Positions 24,468 through 37,584 of a stretch of 64,000 bases of DNA are shown here, in pieces (within the stretch, counting starts at the first letter, position 1; the number at the start of each line of letters is the position of its first letter). Made by a program: the position numbers and the translations under genes. The DNA lies in the NCBI RefSeq assembly GCF_006345805.1, contig NC_043001.1, forward strand, positions 74,462,001 through 74,526,000, given 5' to 3'. The DNA is from Octopus sinensis. Taxonomy: Eukaryota. Below the pieces are notes generated by a model that was not told where the DNA came from, did no database searches, and saw only the letters and a list, made by a program, of their open reading frames with translations.

Positions 24468-24768
24468 GTAAGTCTTATTTTGGTCATTTGTATTGTTGTT
24501 GTCGTTGTTTGGCCAAGGTTGTGAATAAAGGTATCCCAATTATGACCATCCCATCTGTTTGTATACCTGCAATGACATTGACCTGTCAGTTCTTCATGTT
24601 ACCAGATAAAGCAATGATTTTTCATTTTTTTACTTGGTGATTCATAAGAGATCTTCAGTCCCAACTACATGTGTGGCACTTGGGCAAGTGTCTATTGTTC
24701 TATCCTTAGGCTTACAAAGCCTTGTTAGTGGATTTTATAGATGGAAACTGAAAGAAGCGTATCAAATA

Positions 24769-24822
<54 letters not shown>

Positions 24823-25029
24823 TTAGTGAGGGATTACCAATCCAGGCAAAATACCAATCAATGGGCCAATTGAGAAAACCAATCAATAATGAACCTATGA
24901 CTACTGGAAACAACTTTCTTTTATTCTTTTACTTGTTTCAGTCATTTGACGGTGGCCATGCTGGAGCACCAACTTTAAGTCAAATTTACTACAATTGAGA
25001 AAAATGCAATAGCCATTATTCATGATTTG

Positions 25030-25082
<53 letters not shown>

Positions 25083-25174
25083 AAAGATTTGTCCAATTGT
25101 TGTATCATCAGAGTATGATACACATACACTTAAAGATATGTACTGGTGTCAATCTGATTAATAAAACACTCAGC

Positions 25175-26345
25175 ATAACTGAAATCCAGCAACTTTCGAT
25201 GGGTAAAAGAGTGTATGGAGAACAACTTCTGCCACATTCCAGGGAGAAAAACTAGAAGTAGTTGATAGCTTCCATTACTTAGGTGACCAAGTCAGTAGCA
25301 GTTGTGGGTGTACTGAAAGTTTAGCTGCTTGAATAAGAATAGCCTGGGCAATGTTCAGAGAGAACTTACCTCTGCTGGTGACAAAGGGCCCCTTTCTCAG
25401 AGTAAAAGGTAGACTGTATGACACATGTGTATGAACAGCCATGCTACATAGCAGTGAAACATGGGCCGTGATTGCTGAGGACCTGCATAAGCTTGCTAGG
25501 AATGAAGCCAGTATGCTCCACTGGATGTGTAATGTCAGAATGCATACTTGACAGAGTGGAAGTACCTTGAGAGAAAAGTTGGACCTAAGGAGCATCAGAT
25601 GTGGTGTGCAAGAGAGACTACTGTGCTGGTATGGCGATGTGGTGAGAATGGATGAGAATAGCTGTGTGAAAAAGCGCCACACCTTAGCAGTTGAGGGAAC
25701 CTGTGAATGAGGTAGACCCAGGAAGACCTGGGATGAGGTGGTGAAGCATGACCTTCGAACATTAGGCCTCCCTGAGGCAATGACTAGTGATTGACACCTT
25801 TGGAAATATGCTATGCTTGAGAAGACCTGACAAGCCAAGTGGAACCATAACCTGTGGCCTATGCCAGGGGTGTAACCAGCCCACTTAAGCGTACCTTTCC
25901 TTCATTGGACACTAAACTCTGCTTGTAAAGAACTTTTGAGGCAAGTGAAATTAAAATCAAAATCAAATTTGATGACTGGCATCCATGCTAGTGGAGCGCT
26001 AAGAGCACCATCTGAGCATGATTGCTGCTAGGGCAACTGACTGGCTTCCGTACTGGTGCCACGTAAAAGCACCCACTACACTCTTGGAGTGGTTGGCGTT
26101 AGGAAGGGCATCTAGCTGTAGAAACTGCCAGATCAGATTGGAGCCTGGTGCTGCCATCTGGTTCGCCAGTCCTCAGTTGAATCGTCCAACCCATGCCAGC
26201 ATGGAAAGCAGACGTTAAACGATGATGATAGAAACACTGCCAGATCAGACTGAAGCCTGGTGCAGCCTTCTGGCTTCCCAGATCCCCGGTCGAACCGTCC
26301 AACCCATGCTAGCATGGAGAACGGACGTTAAACGATGATGATGAT
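25175..26345 (+). mobile_element. RTE-clade LINE 3' fragment with duplicated tail
   Basis: Homologous to 22780-23835 in opposite orientation. The tail motif ccaacccatgc(c/t)agcatgga...gttaaacgatgatg occurs twice (26130-26230 and 26240-26345). Confidence 0.85.
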
Positions 26346-26451
26346 GATTCCAGAAAGCAAATATTTAGCTGAACAAAAATAAAATGGTTTTAATTGATTT
26401 AGTTATTTAAAAAATTTTTTTTGTTGATTTGGTTTTTATTTTCTTCTTCAG

Positions 26452-26756
26452 AAATTTGAAATTGCCATTTCATGTCGATGTGACTCTTGGTTCCACAAAG
26501 CAAGGAATGGTTATTCCACTGAACGGAATCCGTCGACGGGCCATCAAAGTCATCACTCACCCGTTGCTAAAAGACGATGATGTCCATACTCTGCATTATG
26601 ACATAGGGCTTATTAAAATGGAAAAACCTATCCCATATACCCCAACCATTCAACCCATTTGTCTACCTCCATCTCCAACGGTATGGCGCAGAATTTTAAA
26701 CCATCGTAACTCCACATGTCACCTCGCAGGCTGGGGAGCCATCACTCAAGGTTCTC
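26452..26756 (+). CDS. Protease gene exon 10: catalytic Asp102
   Basis: ttcttcAG|a...tct c|GTaagt; phase 2-1, 305 nt; contains HYDIGLIKM, QPICLP and CHLAGWG. Confidence 0.95.
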
Positions 26757-26932
26757 GTAAGTTCATAAAAATACTTTCGATAATAAAAAAAAAACAAAAA
26801 AAAACAGAAAAAAGTTACTTTCAAGATAGCGATTTCTGTAAATTGTAGTTAGTAAGAATTATCTTCCTTGAATAAAACAACCCTGATCCAGTCCTTTTAT
26901 TGTCTTTTCTGGAGTATGCAGTATTCAAAGTA

Positions 26933-28636
26933 CAGTGGTTCCTTGACTTACAAGTTTAATTCCTTTTGTGACGGAGATCGTAACTCAAATTACTCGTATG
27001 TCAAATCAAATTTCCCCATTGAAATGAATTGAAATGTCATTAATCCGTTCCGCCCCCACCAAAAAAAAACAAAACAAAAAAAACCCCGCAATTTATTTTT
27101 GTTACGGGCTTTTAAATATTTATAAATAACGAATATTGTATAAGAAACAATACAATAGAATGTACTGCAAAAAACTGGTTTTATTAAGTATTGTGTAGAT
27201 CAGACGACTTGAGGATGTTGACGGAGGTGGAGGAGAAAGGCTGAACTGAATAATAGAATCTTATTCGCTGATTTTTGCCCTTTTCGCCACGCTTTTTTCA
27301 CTTTCATCTACGGGAGTTTTCGATAAAAAAAACCTGTCCCACAAGGTCTATTTCATCCTCACTTTCAGAGTGTTTCTGAAATGAGTCAAGCAAGTGTCTA
27401 AATAGCACCCCTGGGTGCAACTTTTTGGGAGTGTTTCTTTTAAAAAAAGTCTGAAAGTTTCTCTCACATTTCCAACATTTCCTTTATGGCAGTGGCAGAG
27501 ATAACCTCCTCCGTGTCACCTATTTCCTGCAAAACCTCCATGTCACCTATTTCCTGCAAAACCTCCATGTGCTGCTGCGTCTGTAGTTCCTTTAGCTCTT
27601 CCATTGTCAGTTCCTCGGAGTGCTCCTCGATGAGATCATTCATGTCACCTTCAACCACATCCAAGCTCATGGACTGGCCGAGGGATACACTCTCCTCCAC
27701 CACTGCCGCATCGGGTTCGAGTCTTTTAAAGTCCGTTTCAGACACAACCTCAGACCACTACATCTTCCACGCAGAGATCAAGGTCCTCTCTGTAATACTC
27801 TGCCAAGCCATATCGATAATTCTGAGGCATATCACGATGTTATACTGGTCTTTCCAGATTTCTCGAAGGGTGAGGTTTGTGCTCTCCATCACTACAAAGC
27901 AGCGGCAGAACAGGTGCTTGGTGAAGAGCTTCTTGAAATTAGAAATCTCCTGCGTTCCATGGGCTGCAGGATAGGGGTGGTGTTGGGTAAAAGGTAGAGA
28001 ACCTTTATAAACTTGAACCCTTTGAGGGTGTCATCTTCGAGGTTAGATGGGTGAGCAGGTGCATTGTCCAGGACGAGAAGGGCTTGCAGACCAAATTCAT
28101 TCGCCTCACAAAGAACTACTTGTGACCCATGTCCTTGTGTTTGCCCTCCGCATAACCTGTAGTTCTTTTTTCAGAATCTTAGGCTCCAGGGCTTTTCTGA
28201 ACGATAAACGAGCAATAGCTTAATCTTGTAGTCGTCTCTTGCATTGGCGCACAGAGCGAGGGTTAGCCTATCTCTAATGGGTTTGTGGCTTGGCATCCTC
28301 TTCTCCTCTGCCGTTATATAAGTCCACCTTGGACTGTCTCATCACAGTTGGAGACTTGCTGGGGTATGTATCCTTCGGCTGCTACAATTCCGGCAAAAGT
28401 TTTGAGGTAATCTTCAGCTGCCTTCATATCCACTCTCGCTGTCTTACCATGCCTGACAAAGGGGGTGAATGCCGGTCCACTTTTTAAAACCCTCGGACCA
28501 ACCCCGACTAGCTTTAAACAGCTCGCTCGATACCTCGTCCTTACAAGTGCCTGGGGTCTTTTGCAGCAGACCAGAAGATTTGATAAGGCAGCTAAATGAA
28601 GTAAGAATCACAAAATAAGTGTATTAGCGAAACATA
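26933..28636 (-). mobile_element. Tigger/pogo-like transposon remnant
   Basis: TA then CAGTGGTTCCTTGACTTAC TIR at 26933. Minus-strand fragments FKASRGW (CENP-B HTH), LLVLDNAPAH and LPNTTPILQPM, plus an acidic C-terminal part (ORF 27464-27745). No second TIR found. Confidence 0.85.
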
Positions 28637-29157
28637 CCGTAAATCCTCGAGTATAATCCGCATTTTCCCCCAAAATTTAAAGGTCAAAATCGCTAGTGCG
28701 TACTATATACGAGGTTAAAAATGAAAAATTATTTTCTTAGCAATGTCCGAGTCTCTATTTGCTGTCCGGAAATGTTTATTCAGACGCATTTTGTGATGTC
28801 GGGCGCGAAAATAACTTAAGCTAAGCCTGAAAGCAATGAAGTCATAAAAGAATCATCCATAATTTGCAGTAAGTAACATTTATTAAACGTTATTACAGTT
28901 ATTACTGTTATTCCTTTATTTTCTGCAAACAAAATGCACAAGAAAGCTACACGTTTGCATTATGCTAAATATACAATAATAAAAAAGGACGTTACCGTAT
29001 ACATTTTTACAAACCAAGGACGCTATATAGACCTCCTTGACTCAAGTTAGAGAAGGGGTGCGTATTATACACAATGTTTAGGTTTTTCAGAAGTACAGCC
29101 CCCTAAAAATCCACTGCGTATTATACTCAAGGACAGACTATACTCGAGGATTTACGG
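28637..29157. mobile_element. Pogo/Tc1-type MITE, copy 1
   Basis: TA|CCGTAAATCCTCGAGTATA...TATACTCGAGGATTTACGG|TA. An uninterrupted homolog of the flanks at ~35565-35730 confirms the boundaries. Confidence 0.92.
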
Positions 29158-29293
29158 TACATATCCTAAAAATAATTAAATAACACAAGATCTTCGTACT
29201 ATACTGTTTATAGCTATAGTTGTATAACACCCACAGTTTTCAGCTGTTGTTGGTATGACCAGCACACGCACGCATACGTTTGCATATTTTGAG

Positions 29294-29324
<31 letters not shown>

Positions 29325-29939
29325 TGTGTTAAAATATGACTGATTTTTTAAATAAAAAAAGTACATTTAAGAATATCAACAGAACATTTACTGATTGTGT
29401 TACTCTATACTGAGAGTAGAGTCAAATTTATTGAGAAGACCAAGTTGACTGGGTTGTCTAATTTCACATATTTGTTATTTGAATTGGTTGAAGAAGCCGG
29501 TTGGCGAAAATTCTAGTCCTCGTCAACTTCATCTTCATAATCTGTCTGTCTGATGTAAGTGACTGGAACCAGCACTCCGTCGGTTGCGACGACAAGTGTT
29601 TCAGTTGATCCGATCAACGGAACAACCTGCTGCGGAAATTAACGTTGAAGTGGTTGAGCACTCCACAGATACAGTTACTCTTAACGTAGTTCTCAAGGAG
29701 ATTTAACATGACACAGAATGGGACAAGGCCGACCCTTTGCATTACAAGTACAACTCATTTTTGTCAGCTGAAATAAAGTGTCATGCGCAGCCGAGAATCG
29801 AACTCACAACTTTACGAACGTGAGTTGATTACCCTAACCAGTAAACCACGCGCATAGTGAGCCTATCAACTGTTGTTTTTGTCTTTGGATAGCTCTGATC
29901 CAATAGTTCTATGATCAAAGTGCTTTGTTAGAGTATTTG

Positions 29940-29971
<32 letters not shown>

Positions 29972-30385
29972 TGTGTACAGTGCTCAGGTGCACTACAACT
30001 CATCTAAAGTGTATATATAATCAGGTGTAGTTTCGGCGGATTTCGGAAAGCATGAGGGCCTTAAAGGATGCAGTGTCATGGCAGTCAACAACTGACGCAG
30101 GCAGTTTATTCCATGCTTCAGCAACTCTGAGCGTGAAAAAATGTTTCCGAAAGTCATGGGAGCTGTGTTGTTTTCTGACTTTGTAGGCATGTCCACGTGT
30201 GTTAGACACATGGAGATCAAAAAGGTGTTCAGTGTTGTTGTTGGTGAGGTGGTTGATAACTTTGTGGGTATTTACCAAGTCCGTCGCCAGACGCCGGAGC
30301 TTCAGTGAATCCATGCCCAGGGAAACAAGGCGCTCAGAATATGGTAGGTGTCTGATGGAGGGTATGCGTTTGGTTGCACGTTTAT
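29940..30385 (-). mobile_element. CR1/L2-type LINE 3' end
   Basis: ORF 30021-30314 LKLRRLATDL...TRGHAYK...FFTLRVAEAWNKLP, followed by an (ATT)n tail. Confidence 0.85.
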
Positions 30386-30545
30386 CTAGTCTCTCTCTTT
30401 TTTCTCTGTCTGTCTGTCTCTCTCTCTCAAGTATTTTGTAATTTCAGGGAGATGTAACTCTTTCGAGGTTAAATCATAGTTGCCTCCCTCAATAATATTG
30501 GTGTAAGTGATTTTCTTCATGAGTCTTCATTTATCTCCTTTCCAG

Positions 30546-30694
30546 ATATGGCCGTCCGAAAACTTCGAACGCTGAAGATGCACATCTGGAGTGATGCTAT
30601 TTGTTCCAAAATCAATGATATTCAATCACTGAATATCAATATGAATTCTACATTCTGTGCCGGCTATCGCTCAATTTTAAAATCTGGTTGTAAA
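30546..30694 (+). CDS. Protease gene exon 11: S1 pocket region
   Basis: ctttccAG|at...tgt aaa|GTaagt; phase 1-0, 149 nt; HMAVRKLRTLKMHIWSDAICSK...STFCAGYRSILKSGCK. Confidence 0.92.
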
Positions 30695-31254
30695 GTAAGT
30701 TTTATTGTAATCGTGTTTATTCTTAACACACATATCCCCCACTTTTTTTTTTTAAACTTCGCGTTGAGTTTCTGGAAGCTTAGAGGGATGTCTTTATATT
30801 GCCTCAGATTACAAGCGGCTTTATTTTCATTCAGCATTATTGAAAGCTTGCAAGCTCAATCCGTATTTGTAAAATGTAAGACTTATCTTGCTGTTATATA
30901 GTAAAGGAAAACAAGGTTTGAAGAAATCCGGACGTACATCTCAGTCAGCATTCCATGCGATAAACCTGGCTTACAGAATATTCACTGAAGTGTATAGTAA
31001 TTCATACGGGTTAAATTTACCGGGTGACAGATACAAACTGTAAATCCGAAGTTATTCTGCCAGTCAGTAGGTTGGTAATGTTAATCGCAGAGTATAATAT
31101 CAACGAAACAAAGAATGAAGAATTACATTTCGTTTTGTTTCAGTAATTGGACTGCGTCATGCTTGAAAGGTTTTAGTCGAGCGAATCGATCCCAGTATTT
31201 AACGTTTTTATAAAAAATCCTGGTAACTTACTGTATTGGTTTCCCATTTGACTA

Positions 31255-31746
31255 CCGTAAATCCTCGAGTATAATCCGCATTTTTCCCCAAAAATTTAAA
31301 GGTCAAAGTCCCTAGTGCGTACTATAAATTATTTTCTAAGCAATGTCCGAGTCTCTATTTGCTGTCCGGCAATGTTTATTCAGATGCATTTTGTGATGTC
31401 GGGCGCGAAAATACCTTAAGCTAAGCCTGAAAGCAATGAAGTCATAAAAGAATCACCTATAACTTGCAGTAAGCAACATTTATTAAACGTTATTACTGTT
31501 ATTTTTTCATTTTCTGCAAACAAAATGCACAAAAAAGCTACACGTTTGCATTATGTTAAATATACAATAATAATAAAGGACAATGCCGTATACATTTTTA
31601 TAAACCAAGGACGATATATAGACCTCCTTGACTCAAATTAGAGAAGGGGTAAGTATTATACACAAGGTTTAGGTTTTTCAGAGGTACAGCCCCTAAAAAT
31701 CCCTGCGTATTATACTCAAGGGCGGACTATACTCGAGGATTTACGG
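31255..31746. mobile_element. Pogo/Tc1-type MITE, copy 2 (same orientation as copy 1)
   Basis: Same TIRs and TA TSD; interior highly similar to copy 1, with a short deletion near the left end. Confidence 0.92.
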
Positions 31747-32333
31747 TATATCAGTCGCATTTTATCTGAAATTTCTCTCCCTTCCTGCTTGAAAAGACTT
31801 TGTTACTCCTTATGATGCAATGCTCAGAGTTGCTTCCCATACTTGCGGAAATAAAATATCATTAGACATTGATTGTTAATGATTGGCATTTTCAAACAAA
31901 ATGTTTAGTGACATTTCTCCTTGCTGTTTAATTTCTGAGTTCAAATAATGCCAAAATAGACTTTACCTTTTATCACATTGCTTGTGAAAAAGATTATATT
32001 TACAACTTATCAGTGGTGGGCCCTCAACTCCTGTTGGAGTCATAAAGGTGCTGTCGTGACATATGGGTGCCTTGAGCATTTTAAATCTTGAAGAGCCCAT
32101 CCTTCTCCAGGTTTGAGCACAGCTACCTTGAGAGAGAGAGAGGGGTGGGAGAAGAATAAGTAAAGTAAGAAAAATCAACTTCAGTTATTTATCAACCCTG
32201 AAAGGATCTGAGGTAACGTAGACCTTGTTACGATTTGAAATTGGAAAGCGAAGAAACAAAAACAAACAAATAGTCAAATTGCTGTCTTATTGACAACTTA
32301 ATTCTTAACTTAATAATTATTATTTTCTTTCAG

Positions 32334-32519
32334 GGTGACAGTGGCAGTCCCTTAAGTTGTCAAGACAGAGATGGAAGATGGTATCTGATTGGAATTATGA
32401 GCGCTGGAAACCGAGATTGTCGGCCCACGAGAGGCACACGAACTTTAGTTAACTTTTTCACAAGAGTGGACTCAGTGATGCAGTGGATCCAGAAAACAAT
32501 TGGAGAAGAATGGACTTGA
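32334..32519 (+). CDS. Protease gene terminal exon 12: catalytic Ser195 and stop
   Basis: ttctttcAG|GGT GAC AGT GGC AGT CCC; GDSGSPLSCQDRDGRWYLIGIMSAGNRDC...FFTRVDSVMQWIQKTIGEEWT*. The 12 exons total 1706 nt (+1 upstream nt = 569 codons) in one open frame. Confidence 0.95.
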   Translation, partial: GDSGSPLSCQDRDGRWYLIGIMSAGNRDCRPTRGTRTLVNFFTRVDSVMQWIQKTIGEEWT

Positions 32520-32739
32520 TCCCTTACAATTCTCTACAAAAATCTAACTTGTTACTGAACTTTTTTACTGCTGTAAAATATACCGTATTTTCATCTCATC
32601 ATGAGGTGGTCTGTAATATGTAAAACATATGTCCATGTATATATTTCAGGTATTTCAGGTGGATAGCTGATTGCAATAAGGCAGTATGTTTGTGTGTGTG
32701 TATATGTGTATATATTTATATAAAACATGCAAATAATAC

Positions 32740-33094
32740 ATATATATGATATATACGTTATATACATAATTATATATATGTTATAATATTCTATATATAT
32801 GTATTTTATATATATGTATTATATACATAAGTATTCATATATATATATATATAATTATATATATGTTATAATATTCTATATATATGTATTTATATATATG
32901 TATTATATATGGGTATATGTATTATATATATGTATATGTATTATATATATGTATTATATATACATGTATATGTATTATATATACATGTATATGTATTATA
33001 TATATGTATATGTATTATATATATATGTATATGCATTATATATATATATATATATGTATTATATTATATATGTGTATGTATTATATGTATATGT

Positions 33095-33149
<55 letters not shown>

Positions 33150-33600
33150 TATATTATATATATATTTTATATATATATATATGTGTGTGTGTGTATTTTA
33201 TGTATATATTTTATATATTATATATTTATTGTATAATATAATAATATATATACATATTATATGTATTGTATAATATAACAATATATATATTATATATATT
33301 GCATAATATAATAATATATATATTATATTGTATATTATGATTATATATATATATTATATATATCGTAGAGTATAATAATATATAAATATTATATATATTG
33401 TATAATATATAATATATATATATTTTATATATAATAATATATATATATTTTATATATAATAATATATATATATATATTAATAATATGTATGTATAAGAAT
33501 AATATATATATATTTGTAATAGATTTTATATATATATATTATATATATGCATACATTTAAATATTACATATATATATGTGTACATATATATAATATATGC
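32740..33600. repeat. ~860-bp AT-rich low-complexity array downstream of the protease stop codon
   Basis: Nearly pure TA/ATT/ATGT units. Confidence 0.95.
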
Positions 33601-34505
33601 AATAACCTTCTGGATCTATTTATCTATATGTGTCATTAATGCCACTGAGTGTTTATGTTAATATTACCATTAAATAAGGCAATGGTGTCACACTGATATA
33701 CACCCTACTTTCACCATGTTTTAAAAATCTCAAATTCATTATTTTTTTCCAATCGACCAATAATCATTTGTCCCAATATTTTCTGCACAGCAAAAGTCTG
33801 TTGGTATATCTATAAATATATTTATTGATAATTTTTGTTTTTTCATTCCCATTTTATTTATAATATCACTGAAACAAACACATACACACAAATACAAGAA
33901 GCATAGACACACATACAGAGATACTTGCATACATACATATATGTACATTAAACAAATAAGCATTCTTGCAGAGGGCAGACACTATGAGTGAATCTATTCA
34001 TGACTTTTGTTTATTTAAGCTTGTTTTTTCCCCCAAATTTTTGACTGAATTTTTAAAGTATAAAAAAAAATATATAAAAATAAAATGTCAAAAAGATGAA
34101 AAAAAATTGCTTTGTTTTAGTTGTAGCTGTCTTACCTTATATCATGTTTAACTCCTTTGTTACAAATATTTCTTTTGAACTATGCTGCTTTATTTCTTTA
34201 ATTTTGAAAATAATGAAGAAATTACTAAAATAACTTTGTCATTATTTAGCTGGTACTTAGAACATGAATTAACACGAAATTTTGGTGGAGGATATTAATT
34301 TAGACCACTTTCATCACCATCTTCTTCATTTAGTGTCTCTTTTCCATGCTAGCATGGGTAAGATGGTTTGCCTGGAGTTGGTAAGCTAAGAACTGCACCA
34401 GGCTCCAGTCTGCTTTGGCTTGGTATCTATGTCTGGATACCATTCTTAACACCAACTCTACAGAGTAAACTGAGTCTTTTATGTGTCACTGGTATGGGTA
34501 TCTTT

Positions 34506-34738
34506 AAGGTGGTAAGCTGGCAGAAACGTTAGCATGCTAGGCGAAATGTGTAGCTGTATTTCGTCTGCCATTACGTTTTGAGTTCAAATTCTGCTGAGCT
34601 CGACTTTGCCTTTCATCCTTTCGGGGTCGATAAATTAAGTACCAGTTATGCACTGGGGTTGATGTAATCGACTTAATCCGTTTGTCTGTCCTTGTTTGTC
34701 CCCTCTGTGTTTAGTCCCTTGTGGGTAGTAAAGAAATA
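34506..34738 (+). mobile_element. SINE family A copy with 15-bp TSD nested in an RTE-tail repeat
   Basis: GGTATGGGTATCTTT at 34491-34505 and 34739-34753. Confidence 0.85.
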
Positions 34739-35102
34739 GGTATGGGTATCTTTTATGTGTGACCAGTACTAGCCATAACTAGGATTTCATTTAGCTTGAC
34801 ACGTCTTCTCAAGCACACCAAATTGCCAAAAGTTTTAGTCACTTGTCATCATCTCTGTGAGAGTCAACATTCCAAAATTCATATTTCATCACCTCATCCC
34901 ACTTTAAAAAGGAGAAATTTGTATCATAGAACCAGATGCAATCTCAAGCAGGTTAGTATCAAAAAGGTTAGAGGAACATCAGATATATTTAACACATCTA
35001 ATCATTCTCAATATGTCTGGCAGATTTGAATGTAAATATGCTAATCACTGCTGTATTTCATCATCAGAGAATATCTCCCCACCTTTAGATAATATTTGTT
35101 CA

Positions 35103-35337
35103 TAACACATGATTAACTGATGTAAAGTGACTTTAAGAGACCAAAGTGTTTCTATCTCGTGTCTCCTGCATTGGATCAATAAATCTAACAAAAGTAATGG
35201 CTCTTGTTTAAAGAAATTAGCAAACAAATTATTTGCTAATGTATGCTGATGTCAAACTGATAATTTATGAGCTGCACTGAGGAGACATAAGGTTGAAACA
35301 CAATGGTCTCAAAGTTCCCTTACATCAGTAAGTGTTA
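35103..35337. repeat. Older imperfect foldback
   Basis: Arms ~35116-35167 and ~35280-35329 (actgatgtaa...gagacc...gtgtttc...tgtctcct). Confidence 0.8.
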
Positions 35338-37367
35338 CCTCGAATGATGATAAACAGCAACAATCAGATATTGACCCTCAAATCTACCAGAATATATTAA
35401 GGAATATGTACATCATTGCTTGGATTCTTGTTGTTCTGTGTGCATGTCACAATATATTAATTGTATATATTTTGCTGAAAGTTTCTCCTCATTGAAGTTT
35501 ATGCTTTATTTCAGGGACCTCTAGGATTATAAAAGGGATTCTCTTATCTGTAGAAGAGAGCTTTCTGCTGGTCATACCAACAATAGTTGATAACTACAGG
35601 GTTATATAACTATAATTATAAGCAATATGGTAGTTGTAAAAAGATCTTTTGAAAGGTATCTGTGTATGTTTGGATAATACACATATTCTGTGACCCCAGC
35701 TTCATTTAGCTGCCTTATCAGATCTTCTGAAAACATTAACTATAACAATCTAATTTTTTAATTAGATAGAGAACATTTTTCTTATTTACTTTTTAAAACT
35801 AGAACAAACCCTCAAAAGTTATGTTATCTATTTCAAAGAACTATTACCTCTGCCTTAGCGAAAGCAGAGGTATTGTTTTCAGTTGTATTTGTTTGTTTGT
35901 GAACAAGATATTTCAAGAACTGCTGGATGGATTTGGATGAAACTTTTAGGGATGTTTGGCCTTGTGACTGGTATGAACTGATTAGATTTTAAGATTGATC
36001 AAGTACCGGACAAAGATTCTGGATTATTTGTTGTATTCACTTTACATAAAGTATTATGGCCTTACATTGACTTTCAAGTCTTTCTCTGATTATCTCCTTT
36101 GAAAGCATGCTCATGGTTTCCATGTTAGTTACGGTGGTGTTGTTGTTTCCAAAGTTTTCTTTTCTTTTCGCTATTATTAATTTTACTCATGTCTCTAACT
36201 CAGTAGAAACTGATGGATAAAAAAATCAAACTACATAAACAAACGACAGCAAAACCATTTAGAAATTAAATAATACTAACATATTCAGTAACAATAATAA
36301 ATTTAATTTATCCTTGACAATTTCTTGTTTTACCAATTTTTAATATATCACTCCTGTTTAAAACTTCATACCTACTTGACAATTGCATCTCTAGCTCTGC
36401 CTTGAAGGAACCTTTACTTCTTGGACTCACATTTTTGTGTGCAACAATGTTGTCAAATCTCTGTTAACAGCACCATATGCATGTTCTCTCTGTTTTCTTT
36501 CATGCACAGATAAATTTTTAACTATAGACCTTAATGGTCGTAAAGACACATATCAGTGGACAGAGTAAAAAAGTCCTCCATAGAGAAAACTACCCCTGTT
36601 CCCACTGCAGATGATTCACACACAGCATTACAAACATGGCCTGCACACCAACCTTCACATTCTATAACTACCATTTTCCAGTTTTTTTAATTTTTGAGAA
36701 CAGTCGGGTTCATTTCAGATATTTTCATTTTAAAAATCATCTCTGGCTAATCGTTGAGAGGACGTTGGTGTTGTCTTGGTGGAGGTTTGCACTCTATGAG
36801 TGCTTTTCTTTATTACTATATGTTGTGTAGCAAGATGTTGCATCTATGTTATGTGATGCTGAATGTTTATGTTGTATAGTGTCAGATTTTTGTGATAGCT
36901 GTGTTGTGTAGTGTTTGACTGTTGTGATAGTTGTGTTGTGTAGCACCTGAATGTTATGATGGCTATCTTGTAGTCTGTTGTTGTGATAGTTGTGCTTTGT
37001 AGCGTCTGGTTGTTGTTTTTATGCCAGATGTTGAAAATAGATAATGAGTGTGTTGTGATAAAATTTAATTGAGAATTGTACTTAAAAAAGTTAAATTTCA
37101 AAAGAAATGCAATGAAAACCTGCTGGAGGCCATAAAGATATAAAATAGACAAGACTGTAATAATTTTAACGTTTAACAGGGCTGATGATAATTATTAAGC
37201 TACTTAGCAATCCCCAAATTGTTTTACTCTTTAGAAATCACAATCAGTATTACCCAGTTAGCAACCACAATTGTTCACCATTGACCACTCAGCAATTAAC
37301 AGCAACTCCACTATATAATAATTTTAACAAACATACATTAATTGTAAATAATAATTAGAATGTTTAA

Positions 37368-37559
37368 CCCTTTAAGTACAGTAATCATCCAGAAATGATT
37401 TACAGAAAGAGGGCTGAGCGAGAGAAGTTATCAATAAATACTGTTGACCATTATATCAATTTAAAAAAATGATAAAAATTTGGTTTTAAAATATTAATTT
37501 TCACAATTTATTTTTTCATAGATTGACATAGTGAAAGATTAGTTAGTGTGCTTGAAGGG
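37368..37559. mobile_element. Second TTAA-flanked MITE family
   Basis: TTAA|CCCTTTAAGTAC...GTGCTTGAAGGG|TTAA; 12-bp imperfect TIR. Confidence 0.6.
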
Positions 37560-37584
37560 TTAAAATAGTTTAGCTATATATATA

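Noticed and set aside
27486-27997. Plus-strand ORFs of 162 and 125 aa
   Set aside because: Antisense shadows of the Tigger transposase remnant.
36510-36568. Good-looking acceptor followed by a short frame KFLTIDLNGRKDTYQWTE*
   Set aside because: No homology, no partner exon, and the protease gene already terminates at 32519.
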